A stretch of 64,000 bases of DNA from an uncultured virus (IMG/VR IMGVR_UViG_3300008262_000099) (IMGVR_UViG_3300008262_000099); one strand, 5' to 3'. Shown: positions 20,202 to 30,198, counted from the first letter of the stretch. Numbers and translations: made by a program. The notes: generated from the letters alone by a model not told the origin.

Positions 20202-20566
20202 TGGACGAATACCAGGACAGAGTGTCTTGGGCGTGGAGATATGAGGCTAAGTGCCGAGGAGAAGATACGGAAATATTTTTTCCGCCACGAGACAAAACTT
20301 TATATAAAGAGATAGCAGACAAAGCTAAGGCTATTTGCTGGGGCAAAGATGGGAGACCTCCGTGCCCTGTACGTAGAGAATGTTTAAAGGAAGCTATCAT
20401 TAATGATGAACTACATGGAATTTTTGGCGGCATGTCTCATAGAGAAAGAAATGCAGCTAAGCGTCGGTATACCGCCAAGGGTTTAAGCTTAGACCAGTGG
20501 CTTGATTCGGAGGACAAACGTGGTAAAAAAGGCGATACAAAACAAGGAGCTAAAAAGCTTCCTTAA
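20201..20566 (+). CDS. whiB: WhiB-family transcription factor (second copy)
   Basis: AKC..IFFPP, C..(insert)..CPVRREC, GIFGG. Confidence 0.85.
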   Translation: MDEYQDRVSWAWRYEAKCRGEDTEIFFPPRDKTLYKEIADKAKAICWGKDGRPPCPVRRECLKEAIINDELHGIFGGMSHRERNAAKRRYTAKGLSLDQWLDSEDKRGKKGDTKQGAKKLP

Positions 20567-21383
20567 TACAAAGAAGCGAGAAACAAAGCTTGTAGGTGCT
20601 TTAGAGCGCCACATACTTGCAAAGCCTTTTGATGAACGTAATCATGACGTACTTCACCCATCTGATCTAGTAAAGATAGAGTGGTGTGCCTTAGCTGCTT
20701 ATCACGCACTACGTGGAAATTATGTAGAAGTGCGGGATAAGTTAACTCTTAGACAGGCATCTATTTTTGCTGAAGGTAACTACATTCACACTAAATGGCA
20801 AACATGGATTGCCGAAATGGGAAACTTGTACGGTACGTGGAAAGATAAAACTGGAACAAGTTGGGCTTTATCAAAAGATATTCACCCAAGTGTTGACTAT
20901 GCAGAAGTTCCTCTACACAGCGCTAAGCATAAGATTTCTGGAAAAGCAGATGGTTGGGTTAAGGGATTAGGGCCCGATTTTCTTATTGAGATTAAATCAA
21001 TAGGTCCTGGGACTCTTCGTTTTGAAGCCCCGTATTTACTAGCAGAGGCCGACGGAGATGTAGAAAAAGCCTGGAAGAATATCAAGTCTCCATTTAGAAG
21101 CCACCAGTTGCAGGGGCAGGTATACCTACATTTATGTCATTTAATGGTTGCAGAAGGTCTTTTAGATTCTGCGCCAACAGAGATTGTATTTATCTATGAA
21201 CTTAAATCAAGTCAAGACTATAAAGAATTTACAGTTCAATATAACCCCGAGTACACCAAAGATATTTTTGATAAGGCTATGGATGTTTCCTGGGCAGTTG
21301 ACAACAACCGACCACCAGTGTGTAGTATTAACCCAGTAGTTGGGTGTAAGAGATGTGCACCTTTTAGAGGAGGAGAAGCATGA
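20520..21383 (+). CDS. Cas4-like / PD-(D/E)XK exonuclease
   Basis: HPSD..C, G..IH, GKADG, EIKS, Q.Q.Y, C-terminal C..C..C. Confidence 0.8.
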   Translation: MVKKAIQNKELKSFLNTKKRETKLVGALERHILAKPFDERNHDVLHPSDLVKIEWCALAAYHALRGNYVEVRDKLTLRQASIFAEGNYIHTKWQTWIAEMGNLYGTWKDKTGTSWALSKDIHPSVDYAEVPLHSAKHKISGKADGWVKGLGPDFLIEIKSIGPGTLRFEAPYLLAEADGDVEKAWKNIKSPFRSHQLQGQVYLHLCHLMVAEGLLDSAPTEIVFIYELKSSQDYKEFTVQYNPEYTKDIFDKAMDVSWAVDNNRPPVCSINPVVGCKRCAPFRGGEA

Positions 21384-21877
21384 GCCCTATTGAATTAAAG
21401 GTAGCTGAGGCCAGTAGTAGAACTATTCAGGCGTTAAAGAATCAAGGCTTATTAGTTAACGAACGTTTTGGTTATGACGCTCCAGCATTACCATCAGACA
21501 TCACAGGTATGATGGAAGAAGAAGTTATGGATTTATACACAAAGTATGTTGCTTATTTAGAGTTTATAAACCTACAGCTTTGGTGTGCAGAAGTAGATAA
21601 AGCAGAAGGCGAAAAAGTTCTTAGCATAGTTAGGGCTGAAAAAAAATTATCCCTCAAGGGTTCTGGCAAGGCAGTGGCCATGATTGACGCAGAGATTGAG
21701 TTGGATGAGGAGTACCGAAACAAAGCGGATGCTTTGCAAGAACTATCAAATTATTGCGGCCTTATAAAGATTATCTCTGACCGCTTATCAAAAGATATTG
21801 CTCTAATCAATAGAGAGATTACTCGTAGAGTTAATATAAACAAAGCTGCAGGTAGAAGTACCTGGCTATTACCTTAG
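21380..21877 (+). CDS. Helical hypothetical protein (possibly UvsY-like mediator)
   Basis: Coiled-coil ending in REITRR; recombination context only. Confidence 0.35.
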   Translation: MSPIELKVAEASSRTIQALKNQGLLVNERFGYDAPALPSDITGMMEEEVMDLYTKYVAYLEFINLQLWCAEVDKAEGEKVLSIVRAEKKLSLKGSGKAVAMIDAEIELDEEYRNKADALQELSNYCGLIKIISDRLSKDIALINREITRRVNINKAAGRSTWLLP

Positions 21878-21885
21878 GAGGACAC

Positions 21886-22485
21886 ATGACTTGGGAACAA
21901 ATGGCTTTATTTACTGATGAAGAGCTTGGTATTAGAAGATCCTATAAGTTAATTGGACTAACAGGTTATGCTCAGTCGGGTAAAGATACTGTAGCAAACA
22001 TTCTTGTAGAGAAGTATGGATATAGACGTGTCGCTTTTGCAGATAAGATCAGAGAGTTTTTGTACGACGTAAATCCCCTGGTTGCTTGCAGCCCAACAGG
22101 TTATCTAAAAGACTTAGTAGATCTTGTTGGTTGGGATAAAGCTAAGCAGGAGAATCAAGTAAGGCGTTTATTACAAGACTTGGGAGTATCTGCCCGTAAA
22201 GTTTTTAATGAAGACTTTTGGATTCAAGCCGCCTTATCTGACATGCACCCATCAGAAAGAATCGTTGTTACTGATGTTCGTTTTACCAACGAAGCAAATT
22301 ATATTGAGCGGTTTGAGGGGCAGCTCTGGAGAGTTGTACGCCCTGGAGTAGAAGCAGTAAATTCTCACATATCAGAGACTGAGTTGGACGGATTTACTCC
22401 AGACCATACCATTGTCAATGGGGGAACTTTAGAAGACTTAGAACTCCTAATTAAAATTAGGATGAACGATGCCATCGCAATCTAG
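21886..22485 (+). CDS. Deoxynucleoside monophosphate kinase
   Basis: GYAQSGKDT, AFAD, RRLLQ.LG, DVRF.NE, HISE. Confidence 0.9.
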   Translation: MTWEQMALFTDEELGIRRSYKLIGLTGYAQSGKDTVANILVEKYGYRRVAFADKIREFLYDVNPLVACSPTGYLKDLVDLVGWDKAKQENQVRRLLQDLGVSARKVFNEDFWIQAALSDMHPSERIVVTDVRFTNEANYIERFEGQLWRVVRPGVEAVNSHISETELDGFTPDHTIVNGGTLEDLELLIKIRMNDAIAI

Positions 22486-22819
22486 AAAGCATCGCGGGTA
22501 CAAATCCCAGGACATTCTTGCCAACAAGTTAGTGTCTGAAGGCTGGCCTTATGCAAAGTCTACTGGTGCGGGTAGATCAGGTACTGACGTTACAGGAACT
22601 ATCGGCATAGATTGGGAAGTAAAAGCTCGCAAAGATTTTAATCCAAGTGCAGCTATAAAGCAGCTAAAGGAAAGAAGTGCGGACGACCTGTTGCCTGTAG
22701 CCGTCCTCCGACTGAATGGCCAGGGACCAGCTACCGTGGGAGACTGGCCAGCAGTTCTTAGGTTAGACGACCTAATTAAGCTATTAAAGGCGGCAGGATA
22801 CGCTGACTTAACCCCATAA
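22469..22819 (+). CDS. Second resolvase-like PD-(D/E)XK nuclease
   Basis: SRKHRG, G.D.TG...EVKAR. Confidence 0.7.
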   Translation: MPSQSRKHRGYKSQDILANKLVSEGWPYAKSTGAGRSGTDVTGTIGIDWEVKARKDFNPSAAIKQLKERSADDLLPVAVLRLNGQGPATVGDWPAVLRLDDLIKLLKAAGYADLTP

Positions 22820-22878
22820 ATATCGTACCGTTTACCTTCGGAGGGCTTCCACTATTCGAAACCGAAGGACTACTAAAC

Positions 22879-23157
22879 GTGGCAGAAGAAACTGAAGATA
22901 AATTCCTGCGTGTAAGCGCTGGATCTAATGCACAGTCGGTTGGTTCGGCTATCGCCCACGCTCTCTATGAGGCTCCTCAAGTTAAATTAAGAGCCGTAGG
23001 CGCATCCGCTGTCAACCAGGCTGTCAAAGCTATTGCAATAGCTCGTGGATATGTTGCCCCAAGAGGGCTTGATCTTACTTGCAGACCTGGATTTACTACG
23101 GTAGATTCAAGAGATGGACAAATCTCTGCGATAGTCTTTACTATACAAGTCTCTTAG
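22879..23157 (+). CDS. spoVS: SpoVS-family protein
   Basis: LRVSAGSN..SV..AIA, AVGASAVNQAVKAIAIARGYVAP.G.DL.C.P.F closely follows the SpoVS signature. Confidence 0.9.
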   Translation: MAEETEDKFLRVSAGSNAQSVGSAIAHALYEAPQVKLRAVGASAVNQAVKAIAIARGYVAPRGLDLTCRPGFTTVDSRDGQISAIVFTIQVS

Positions 23158-23200
23158 GGTATTCTTATCATTAAGAGATCTAACAAGGGTTAGGATTAAA

Positions 23201-23551
23201 ATGGCAGATGCAACATCAGAAGCTTTAGCCGGAATGGCAAAGCAAGGCCGCACCCCTATGGGACGTGAAGGCACTAAGTTTTCTACGGCTACACCAAAAG
23301 CTGGTAAGTTAGTTAAGAAGCAGGGTGCACAGTCTGGAGACCCAAGCGCTTACGGTACTAAAGCAAATCGTAAGAACGCGTTGCCTTCAGCAGCTGAGCG
23401 AAATGGCGCAGCTTATTCACCTACTACCGCTAGATATACAAAGCAGGTAGACCCAGCTTCAGGTGAGACCCAACGTAACGGCGTCATTATTCGTACAGCT
23501 ACAAAGCGTACTCGAATTAACTTTGACGGCGGAACTTCCGCTTCGTACTAA
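23201..23551 (+). CDS. Basic hypothetical protein
   Basis: 116 aa ORF with SD AGGA. Confidence 0.5.
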   Translation: MADATSEALAGMAKQGRTPMGREGTKFSTATPKAGKLVKKQGAQSGDPSAYGTKANRKNALPSAAERNGAAYSPTTARYTKQVDPASGETQRNGVIIRTATKRTRINFDGGTSASY

Positions 23552-23565
23552 TTTCGTGTAGTATA

Positions 23566-23593
23566 TGCCTAGCCTCAGAATTGGGGCTAGGCA
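23566..23593 (+). terminator. Hairpin, putative terminator or processing signal
   Basis: TGCCTAGCCTCA-GAAT-TGGGGCTAGGCA; no U-tract. Confidence 0.4.
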
Positions 23594-23620
23594 ATACGGA
23601 CCAACATACGGAGCAAACAC

Positions 23621-23854
23621 ATGTTACAAAACCTCTACGAAGAGGCTAAAGAAAATAACAAGATCCTCAACTATTGTGTTGTAGGACAATGGGCAGCTTC
23701 TCTTGCAGAAAATGATAGAGCTGCATTTGATACTTCGATTAATGACGCAGACTTCTCAACGAGAAGTCTTTTTCGTTTATACCAAAAAGCAGGAGCAACA
23801 TTTGGTTTGTCATCCCTGCTCACCCATAGAAATGGAGCATGCGGATGTCCTTAG
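23621..23854 (+). CDS. Hypothetical protein (C...H..C.C motif)
   Basis: HRNGACGC C-terminus; coupled to the phosphoesterase. Confidence 0.6.
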   Translation: MLQNLYEEAKENNKILNYCVVGQWAASLAENDRAAFDTSINDADFSTRSLFRLYQKAGATFGLSSLLTHRNGACGCP

Positions 23855-25005
23855 CAGATGATTACGATGCAATAATTCAAGCCGGTAATCAAGGATCAGA
23901 TAAGTTAAATAAAAGTATTCCGGATGCTTGGCGTCCTAGATCAGAGATTGGCACTGATGGTGGATTTGTTGTTTCAACACCTAGACCAGATGGTAATACG
24001 CCAGGTGCAGAAGATATTCTGCGTGAAGCAAATCTAAACCCAGAAGAGTGGGCAGTCGTATCCCATCGTAGATCTCGTTGGCAAACATACAACGGTGATT
24101 GGTTAGAGTCGTTTAGAGTTAACGTAGTTCCAGTTACTGATTCGGTTAAAAAAGATTATGACTTAGAGCAGTTGTTGGAGGGTATAAGCAAGTGGACACC
24201 AAACAAGTCTGTAGATACAACTGGAGATTTAACAGCCGTATATAGCATTGGCGACACACAATACGGTAAAGACGATACCCCAGCTATTATTGATAGAGTG
24301 TTAAAAGGTTTTGATGCATCAGTAGAACGCCATCAAGAACTAACTAAAAAATATTCTATTGGTCAGATCGCATTACCACAGTTAGGCGATTGCATCGAAG
24401 GCATGACTAGCCAAAAAGGTAAAGTCATGGGACGTCATGATATAGGAGTATCAGAACAAGTTCGTGTAGGACGACGCATGCTTATTTCACAGATTAAAGC
24501 CATGTCTCAACTAACATCTAAAATTATTATTCCTGTAGTTCCTGGTAATCATGATGAGGTACAAAGGTTTCTTGTAGGTAGGCCGGAAGATTCTTGGCAG
24601 ATTGATATTGTTGCTTCAGTAGAAGATATCTGTAAAGAAAATGATTTCCTTCGTGATCGAGTTGAGTTTAGGTATCCTGCTGCAGACGATTCAACTATTG
24701 CAGTAGATTTAAGTGGAACCCTATATGGCATGGCTCATGGCCATCAAGCTAGGGATCTTATTAAGTGGTGGATGGGACAAGCTATGGGACGTTGCTCCGT
24801 CGCTCAAGCTGACATTCTAAATGTTGGTCACTTTCATCACTACCATGTTCAAAGCGTAGGCCCTAGGTTATTTATACAGAACCCTGCAATGGATAATGGC
24901 TCCGCTTGGTTTAGAAATAAGTCCGGTCTTGAAAGCGCCCCAGGTCTTGTTTCTTTAGTCGTAGGGGATGGTATAGATCCACGCAGGGAGCTAGTAGTCT
25001 TATAA
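23845..25005 (+). CDS. Calcineurin-like metallophosphoesterase (Mre11-like)
   Basis: GDTQ, LGDCIE, GNHD, HGH, GHFH. Confidence 0.85.
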   Translation: MSLADDYDAIIQAGNQGSDKLNKSIPDAWRPRSEIGTDGGFVVSTPRPDGNTPGAEDILREANLNPEEWAVVSHRRSRWQTYNGDWLESFRVNVVPVTDSVKKDYDLEQLLEGISKWTPNKSVDTTGDLTAVYSIGDTQYGKDDTPAIIDRVLKGFDASVERHQELTKKYSIGQIALPQLGDCIEGMTSQKGKVMGRHDIGVSEQVRVGRRMLISQIKAMSQLTSKIIIPVVPGNHDEVQRFLVGRPEDSWQIDIVASVEDICKENDFLRDRVEFRYPAADDSTIAVDLSGTLYGMAHGHQARDLIKWWMGQAMGRCSVAQADILNVGHFHHYHVQSVGPRLFIQNPAMDNGSAWFRNKSGLESAPGLVSLVVGDGIDPRRELVVL

Positions 25006-25011
25006 ATAAGA

Positions 25012-25035
25012 ACGGGGAGCCTTTCGGCTCCCCGT
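25012..25035. terminator. Terminator hairpin between convergent genes
   Basis: ACGGGGAGCC-TTTC-GGCTCCCCGT; GAAA loop and T-rich tail on minus strand. Confidence 0.8.
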
Positions 25036-25058
25036 CCTAGATAAGGATCACATCCTAA

Positions 25059-25631
25059 TTATTTAGGTTTACCACAACAATGGCATGTCTCCTGAGTTTC
25101 AGCAGCTGGAGACGGAGATGATTTAGCTGCCCCTTTAAACTTTGGGCGACCAAATCCAACGATAGAGATTTGTACATTCTTTTTATTTTTCTTGTATGCA
25201 CGTAGTTTTTTGCAGACCTCTCCTCCGTTACGTTGACTACCTTTGGAATCTCCAGAGGTATTTCCTTCTATGCACCATACGGTGCCGTCTTCATTGTCCT
25301 TAACAACAATGCCGACGTGCGAAATACGGTCTACTCCATCGGATGGGAAATCAAAATACGCAATATCGCCTGGTTCTGGATCAGCTAGGTCTCCATCAAT
25401 CCAAGAGTTCTTCTTCTTAAATGCTTGTGCTCCACCTGGAGTGTAAACAGTATTAGGTACTTTTACTCCAGCTTGATCAGCGCACCACATAACGAATGAG
25501 CCACACCATGGCTGAAAGTTAGCCTTGGTAAAAGCACCATACTTAGTTTCGTTATCTTTAGGACCTTCTACGGTTCCAATCTCCGCAGTAGCTACTTCAA
25601 TGAGCTTTGCTGCTGTTCCCATTTCAGCCAT
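25059..25631 (-). CDS. CHAP-domain peptidoglycan hydrolase (endolysin-like)
   Basis: PWCGSFV, PGDI, SHVGIV, IEGNT. Confidence 0.9.
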   Translation of the reverse strand: MAEMGTAAKLIEVATAEIGTVEGPKDNETKYGAFTKANFQPWCGSFVMWCADQAGVKVPNTVYTPGGAQAFKKKNSWIDGDLADPEPGDIAYFDFPSDGVDRISHVGIVVKDNEDGTVWCIEGNTSGDSKGSQRNGGEVCKKLRAYKKNKKNVQISIVGFGRPKFKGAAKSSPSPAAETQETCHCCGKPK

Positions 25632-26041
25632 TAGTCTTTATCCCATTCCTCATCTACTGGTTGTGGTTCTGGCATAGCGCCGTCTGGTTTTGCCAATCTA
25701 CGGGCTTTAGCATCATCAATCTCCGCTTCAAGCTTCTTGTCGGCTTGAGTGTTCTTAGCATCCATCTCTTTATTAGCAAGCTGTGCTGCCATAATATCTT
25801 TAGCGCCTGATTGACCGATAAGAAGGCCAGCAAGGGTTCCGGTGATAAATGTTGCTACGCTTCCAAGAACGTTAAAGAACATCTTGTCATTTTCAGACTG
25901 AGCCCCAATAGGTTGAGTAACAAATAAAAGGCCATAGAGAATACCTATAGCGGTAAAAAATAAAATAGAGCCTAGTGTTATGCCTAAAATAAACTTAAGG
26001 CGAGCATCTAGTTCTTGGGGGGTAAGTCTTTCTTTAGCCAT
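25631..26041 (-). CDS. Two-TM membrane protein (holin-like)
   Basis: Two hydrophobic helices, charged C-terminus; adjacent to CHAP gene. Confidence 0.55.
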   Translation of the reverse strand: MAKERLTPQELDARLKFILGITLGSILFFTAIGILYGLLFVTQPIGAQSENDKMFFNVLGSVATFITGTLAGLLIGQSGAKDIMAAQLANKEMDAKNTQADKKLEAEIDDAKARRLAKPDGAMPEPQPVDEEWDKD

Positions 26042-26237
26042 TTTGTGTTCCTTCTTGTTCTGGTTTGCCTAAGTCTTCTGGACAAGTTCCACTAGCTGTG
26101 CAAATTGGTGGCTTGCATTCTGCTGCTTCCCAGTTTGCTGGATCTTGACACGGATATCTAAAATGTCCATCATATCCGCAGCCTGTTAAAAAGACCAGGG
26201 ACATTCCTGCAAGGAATAGCTTACTCTTATTCTTCAT
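26034..26237 (-). CDS. Small lipoprotein
   Basis: Lipobox LTGC; Cys-rich RYPCQDP..C.PP.C...C. Confidence 0.7.
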   Translation of the reverse strand: MKNKSKLFLAGMSLVFLTGCGYDGHFRYPCQDPANWEAAECKPPICTASGTCPEDLGKPEQEGTQNG

Positions 26238-26397
26238 CCTTTGGGTTCCTCAAGGGGTATGTGATTGCCCACGCCAGCAAGGTGCCTACTATTGCGTAGC
26301 CTACAACAGTCTTAGCACTACCGTCTAGGACAACCCAGGCAATAAACATGCCTAATAGTGTCCAAAGCTGATCTATCATGTCTCTAAGTAGCTTCAA
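26227..26397 (-). CDS. Small two-TM membrane protein (56 aa, not in ORF track)
   Basis: By hand: MKLLRDMIDQLWTLLGMFIAWVVLDGSAKTVVGYAIVGTLLAWAITYPLRNPKDEE; TTG start overlaps the upstream TGA. Confidence 0.7.
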   Translation of the reverse strand: MKLLRDMIDQLWTLLGMFIAWVVLDGSAKTVVGYAIVGTLLAWAITYPLRNPKDEE

Positions 26398-29242
26398 GGT
26401 TTGCGTCTCCTATATCCTTTTGATTCTCCAGAGGCTCCTCCGCCTCCAGAACTTCCTCCACCACTAGAGCTACCACCGGTGGTGGTTCCTCCAGCAGCGC
26501 CAGCAACTGCTACAGCATTGATTGCAGCATTGCCTGCAATGACGGCAGCAACTACCATTTTTTCTGCTTCTTCTCTTTCTTCAGGGGACATATCAGCACC
26601 GATACTTCCAAGTGCTTGTAGTGCTTCCCCGGGGTCGCTAAATATTGCGCCAACTAATTCAGATGGGTTCTCTAATAAAACGAGAGCCGCAGCAACGTCT
26701 GCTGTAATTATAACTTCGTTACCGTTTTCATCCTTCCTAACCTCAACTGGAGTCTCGGCAGGAAGATCTTTATATTCAATACCTGCTTCTTTTATGGCTT
26801 CAGCAGATACTGGACCGCCATTAGCAGCCTCAATTAAAGCTTCAGCAACAACCTCTTTCTCAGCTTCCGTTAGTTTTCCATCTGCTAGCGCCTCTGTGAC
26901 AGCTTCTTCTACAGAAGGTGTAGTATTAGAGGATGATTCTGTGGACTGATTTTCTTGCTCTTGCTCTTGTGACTGCTGTTGTGATTCTTCTTCCTCAGCT
27001 GCGCCATCTTCCAATGGAGGCTCCGAAGTTTCTTCGGATTCCGATGAAGTATCTTCCGTATCTGTTGGGGATTCTGTGGGCTCTGATTGTTCTTCTGTGG
27101 GCGACTCAGTAGATGAATCCGTTTCTGTGGACTGATCATTGGAAGCTTCAGAATCTTCTTGAGGATTCTCTGAATCGTCTGGAGTGTCTGAAGGATTGTC
27201 ATCTGGAGTATCAACCGGATCAACCTCTTCCGGATTTTGTGTTTCCTCTTCAGAAGGTTCTTGTTCAGGCTCTTGAGGAGTTGGCTCTGGTTCTACAGGT
27301 TCGTCCTGAGGTTCAGACGGCGATTCAGGAGTTACTGGAAGATCCTCAGACTCAGGTTCTGATGGAGAGGTTGGCTCAGGCTGAGGCTCAGGAGAAGTTG
27401 GTTGAGGTTGAGTCTCGGGTTGAGGTTCTGGAGCCGTGTCAGTGCCAGAATTGCCAGTGTCAGAAGGAGAAGTAGATGGACCAGCATCAGTTTGAGTTGT
27501 TGTGGAATCTTGAGATTGCGAAGGCGCGTCAGATTGTTGAGGAGTGGATGGCTGAGGGCTCTGAGGATTTGTTGATTGAGAAGATTCTTGAGCAGGAGGA
27601 GTTGGAGAGGGAGCAGGTTCAGGAGTCGGTTCGCTTGGCGACACAGACGGCTGTTGAGTCTCTGGCGAAGTTACAGGTGCTGAGAGCGCAGTTACTGCAG
27701 TCGCAACCTTCTCAACAGCAACAGTTGCCAACTGATCCGCAGCAGCAATAGTTGCAGTAGCTGTTTCAGTTAGTGTAGTTAGGGTTGTTTGCTCAGTTGA
27801 TAAAGTAGTTTGAGCTGTTGTTACAACAATTTCAGCTGCAGCAATGGTCTCAGAAGTTACGGCAGTCATTGGTTTAACTGGTTCTCCTACAGCTTCTCTT
27901 ACTCCTGTTCTAGGCCCATTCCACAAGCCAGTAGTGTTTCCAGAAATCTTACCGATTCCTGTCCATTCCCCAGTTTCAGGGTTTACCGTCATCTTCCAAT
28001 TAACATTTGTTAACGGTCCATTTGGATCTGCAAACTTATGGAGGGTCCAATCAACTTCCAGAGTAGTTTCTGTAGTAGTGACTACAGTCGATGCCCCAGG
28101 ACCAGCATTCTGGTAGTCACTTGCAAACACTGAGATGCTTGGACCATTAGGAAAATCCCACCAGTTAAAGTCGCCAGTACCAAAGGTAATAGTTGCTTTA
28201 GAAGTTACATAGATCTGGCTAGCTGTTCCTTGACCGTTATAGACGGTATCACCCATTTTAATGTCAAATGGTGTTTGAATCTTAGTTGCAGCATCATACA
28301 TAATAGGAAGAGTAGTAGTAGTTACCGTAGGGCTTTCAGGAGCTACCGGAGCTACATACCCATCTGTTGTAAAAACTTTTGTGTTTTCTGGGGCACCCTG
28401 AAGAGTAGCCAATTGCTCTTGAGCAGTAGACACGTTACTTGCTGCCGTAGACACCACAACAGTTTGAGAATCAACGGCAGTTTGCGCTGCTACAGCTATT
28501 ACGGTGGCAGATTCGGCGGCTGCAATAGCTGTCTGAGCTTCTGCAACCGGAGTAGCGGCAGCAGATTGTTGTTCTGAACTAGCGGCTTGAACAGCCGTGT
28601 TTAATGTTACAGTTGCGCTCTCAATTTTATTTTGAACGGAGGTAACCGTGTTGCGCTCTCAATTTTATTTTGAACGGAGGTAACCGTTGATGTTTCTGGA
28701 GTTGTGGCTACCGTTGTTGTCGTTTCTTGCGGGCTGGGTTGTGGGCTGGGTTCAGACGAAGGAGCCGTTGTTACGGAAGGTGAAGTCTCTGGAGTCGGTG
28801 TTGGAGTTGGACTCGGTTCAGAAGATGGAGCGGGTTCTGATGTTGGAAGAGGAGTTGCGCTGGGCTCAGGCGAAGGTGAAGGCGCAGGAGTCGGACTTGG
28901 CTCGGATGAACCAGAAGTTGACGCAGTCCCACTCGTCTGGGATGGAGGCGCCTCAGTGGAATATGTCGTACTGGAAGTTTGAGGGTCCGAAGTTGCAGGC
29001 GAGGATTCTGGAGTTGGAGTCGGAGTTGGAGTCGCTTCGCTCGAAGACGTTGTGGAAGGACTAGGAGATGGTTCTGGACTTTGTGTGGGCTGTTGGGTTG
29101 TTTCTCCTGTGGTTGTTGACCCTTCCCCTTCAGCGTAGGCAGAAGAAATAGTTAGCAATACGAAAAAAAACCCTACTCCTAGGGCAAATGTTATTCTTTT
29201 ATAGAGACCAATTAGTGCTGCGAATATACGCAGTGTATTTAT
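26394..29242 (-). pseudogene. Large secreted Pro/Ser/Thr/Glu-rich surface protein split by a 38-bp duplication (true frameshift or assembly artefact)
   Basis: ORFs 28607-29158 and 26394-28457 join in frame if one repeat copy is removed; signal peptide ending AYA-E; C-terminal hydrophobic segment and RRRKP tail. Confidence 0.7.
28612..28687. repeat. Exact 38-bp tandem duplication
   Basis: GTTGCGCTCTCAATTTTATTTTGAACGGAGGTAACCGT at 28612-28649 and 28650-28687. Confidence 0.95.
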
Positions 29243-29338
29243 GGTAATCTCCTATCTTGTAAGCGTACTTTACCATGACAGATTGTGTTACATGTATCAT
29301 AGTTTGCACTTACAACTTAATATCGCTTGGGAGTTTAA

Positions 29339-29587
29339 ATGTCAGTACTTGATTGGGTTGGAGTAATTACAGGACTAATTGCAATTCTTTCATCACTCGG
29401 AATTGGAATTAAAAAGTTTAATCAATATCTTGTTAAAGAATACTTAAGTGAATTAAAACCTAACGGTGGATCAAGTCTTTCTGACAAAGTTAAGTTGGAG
29501 ATCCTCCCCTTGTTGTCCGAGATCCGGGCTGATGTGGCTGAAATGAAGGGCAGATTAGATCAGCACCTCAAAGAAGGCCGGGATTAG
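29339..29587 (+). CDS. Membrane protein (N-terminal TM, coiled tail)
   Basis: TM segment then ELKPNGGSSLSD motif. Confidence 0.6.
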   Translation: MSVLDWVGVITGLIAILSSLGIGIKKFNQYLVKEYLSELKPNGGSSLSDKVKLEILPLLSEIRADVAEMKGRLDQHLKEGRD

Positions 29588-29651
29588 CCTGACGTTACAC
29601 CCCTTTTAGGGCACTATTGGTAGTCTAGGACCCTCCCTAGAAAGGATAAAT

Positions 29652-29912
29652 ATGGACAAGAAACAACTACAGGCTATGTTAGCCTCATACGGTCGCTCTT
29701 TTATTGCAGCAGCTTTAGCCGTATGGCAAACTGGAGAAATTACAGATCCAAAAGGAATTATTGCCGCAGGACTTGCAGCTGTTGTACCCGTAGCAGCACG
29801 TGCATTTAATCCAAAAGACCCAGCATTTGGTATTGTCAAAGCTGTTCTTCCAGAGATTGAAAAACAACTTGAATCAATCGTGGCAGAGTCAAAGAAGAAA
29901 AAGAAAAAATAA
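29652..29912 (+). CDS. Holin-like protein
   Basis: SYGRSFIAAALA...VPVAARAFNPKDPAFG; two TM segments, basic tail. Confidence 0.55.
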   Translation: MDKKQLQAMLASYGRSFIAAALAVWQTGEITDPKGIIAAGLAAVVPVAARAFNPKDPAFGIVKAVLPEIEKQLESIVAESKKKKKK

Positions 29913-30196
29913 TGAAGTGCGATAACTGTTCAAGTGTTGCTGTATACGAACTGAGACAAAAACCAACGTCTCAATTTTATTGTGCTTCTCACTTGCCATG
30001 GTTTATAAAACTAAGTAGAGATCTAAACGTAAAGATCTTTGAAGTTTCTTTACCTACCCCCGCTATTTCAAAGCCTGTTGTTGAAGAGCCTGTAGTTGAA
30101 GAACCAAAAGTGGTTGAAGAACCAAAAGTGGTTGAAGAACCAAAAGCAGCAGTAAAAAAGAAAGCAGAAGTTAAAGAGACTACTGAGGAGAAATAA
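29912..30196 (+). CDS. Hypothetical protein with C..C..C..H and VVEEPK repeats
   Basis: ORF translation. Confidence 0.55.
   Translation: MKCDNCSSVAVYELRQKPTSQFYCASHLPWFIKLSRDLNVKIFEVSLPTPAISKPVVEEPVVEEPKVVEEPKVVEEPKAAVKKKAEVKETTEEK
30095..30146 (+). repeat. 18-bp in-frame tandem repeat (about 3 copies)
   Basis: GTTGAAGAACCAAAAGTG units. Confidence 0.85.
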
Positions 30197-30198
30197 TC

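Noticed and set aside
20520..21383. Cas4-like nuclease as a sign of CRISPR-Cas
   Set aside because: No repeat-spacer array or other cas genes seen; solo Cas4-like nucleases are routine in phage recombination modules
26401..29064. Several long plus-strand ORFs
   Set aside because: Antisense shadows of the low-complexity minus-strand surface protein
30095..30146. 18-bp tandem repeat as a CRISPR or regulatory array
   Set aside because: In-frame coding repeat (VVEEPK) with no spacers
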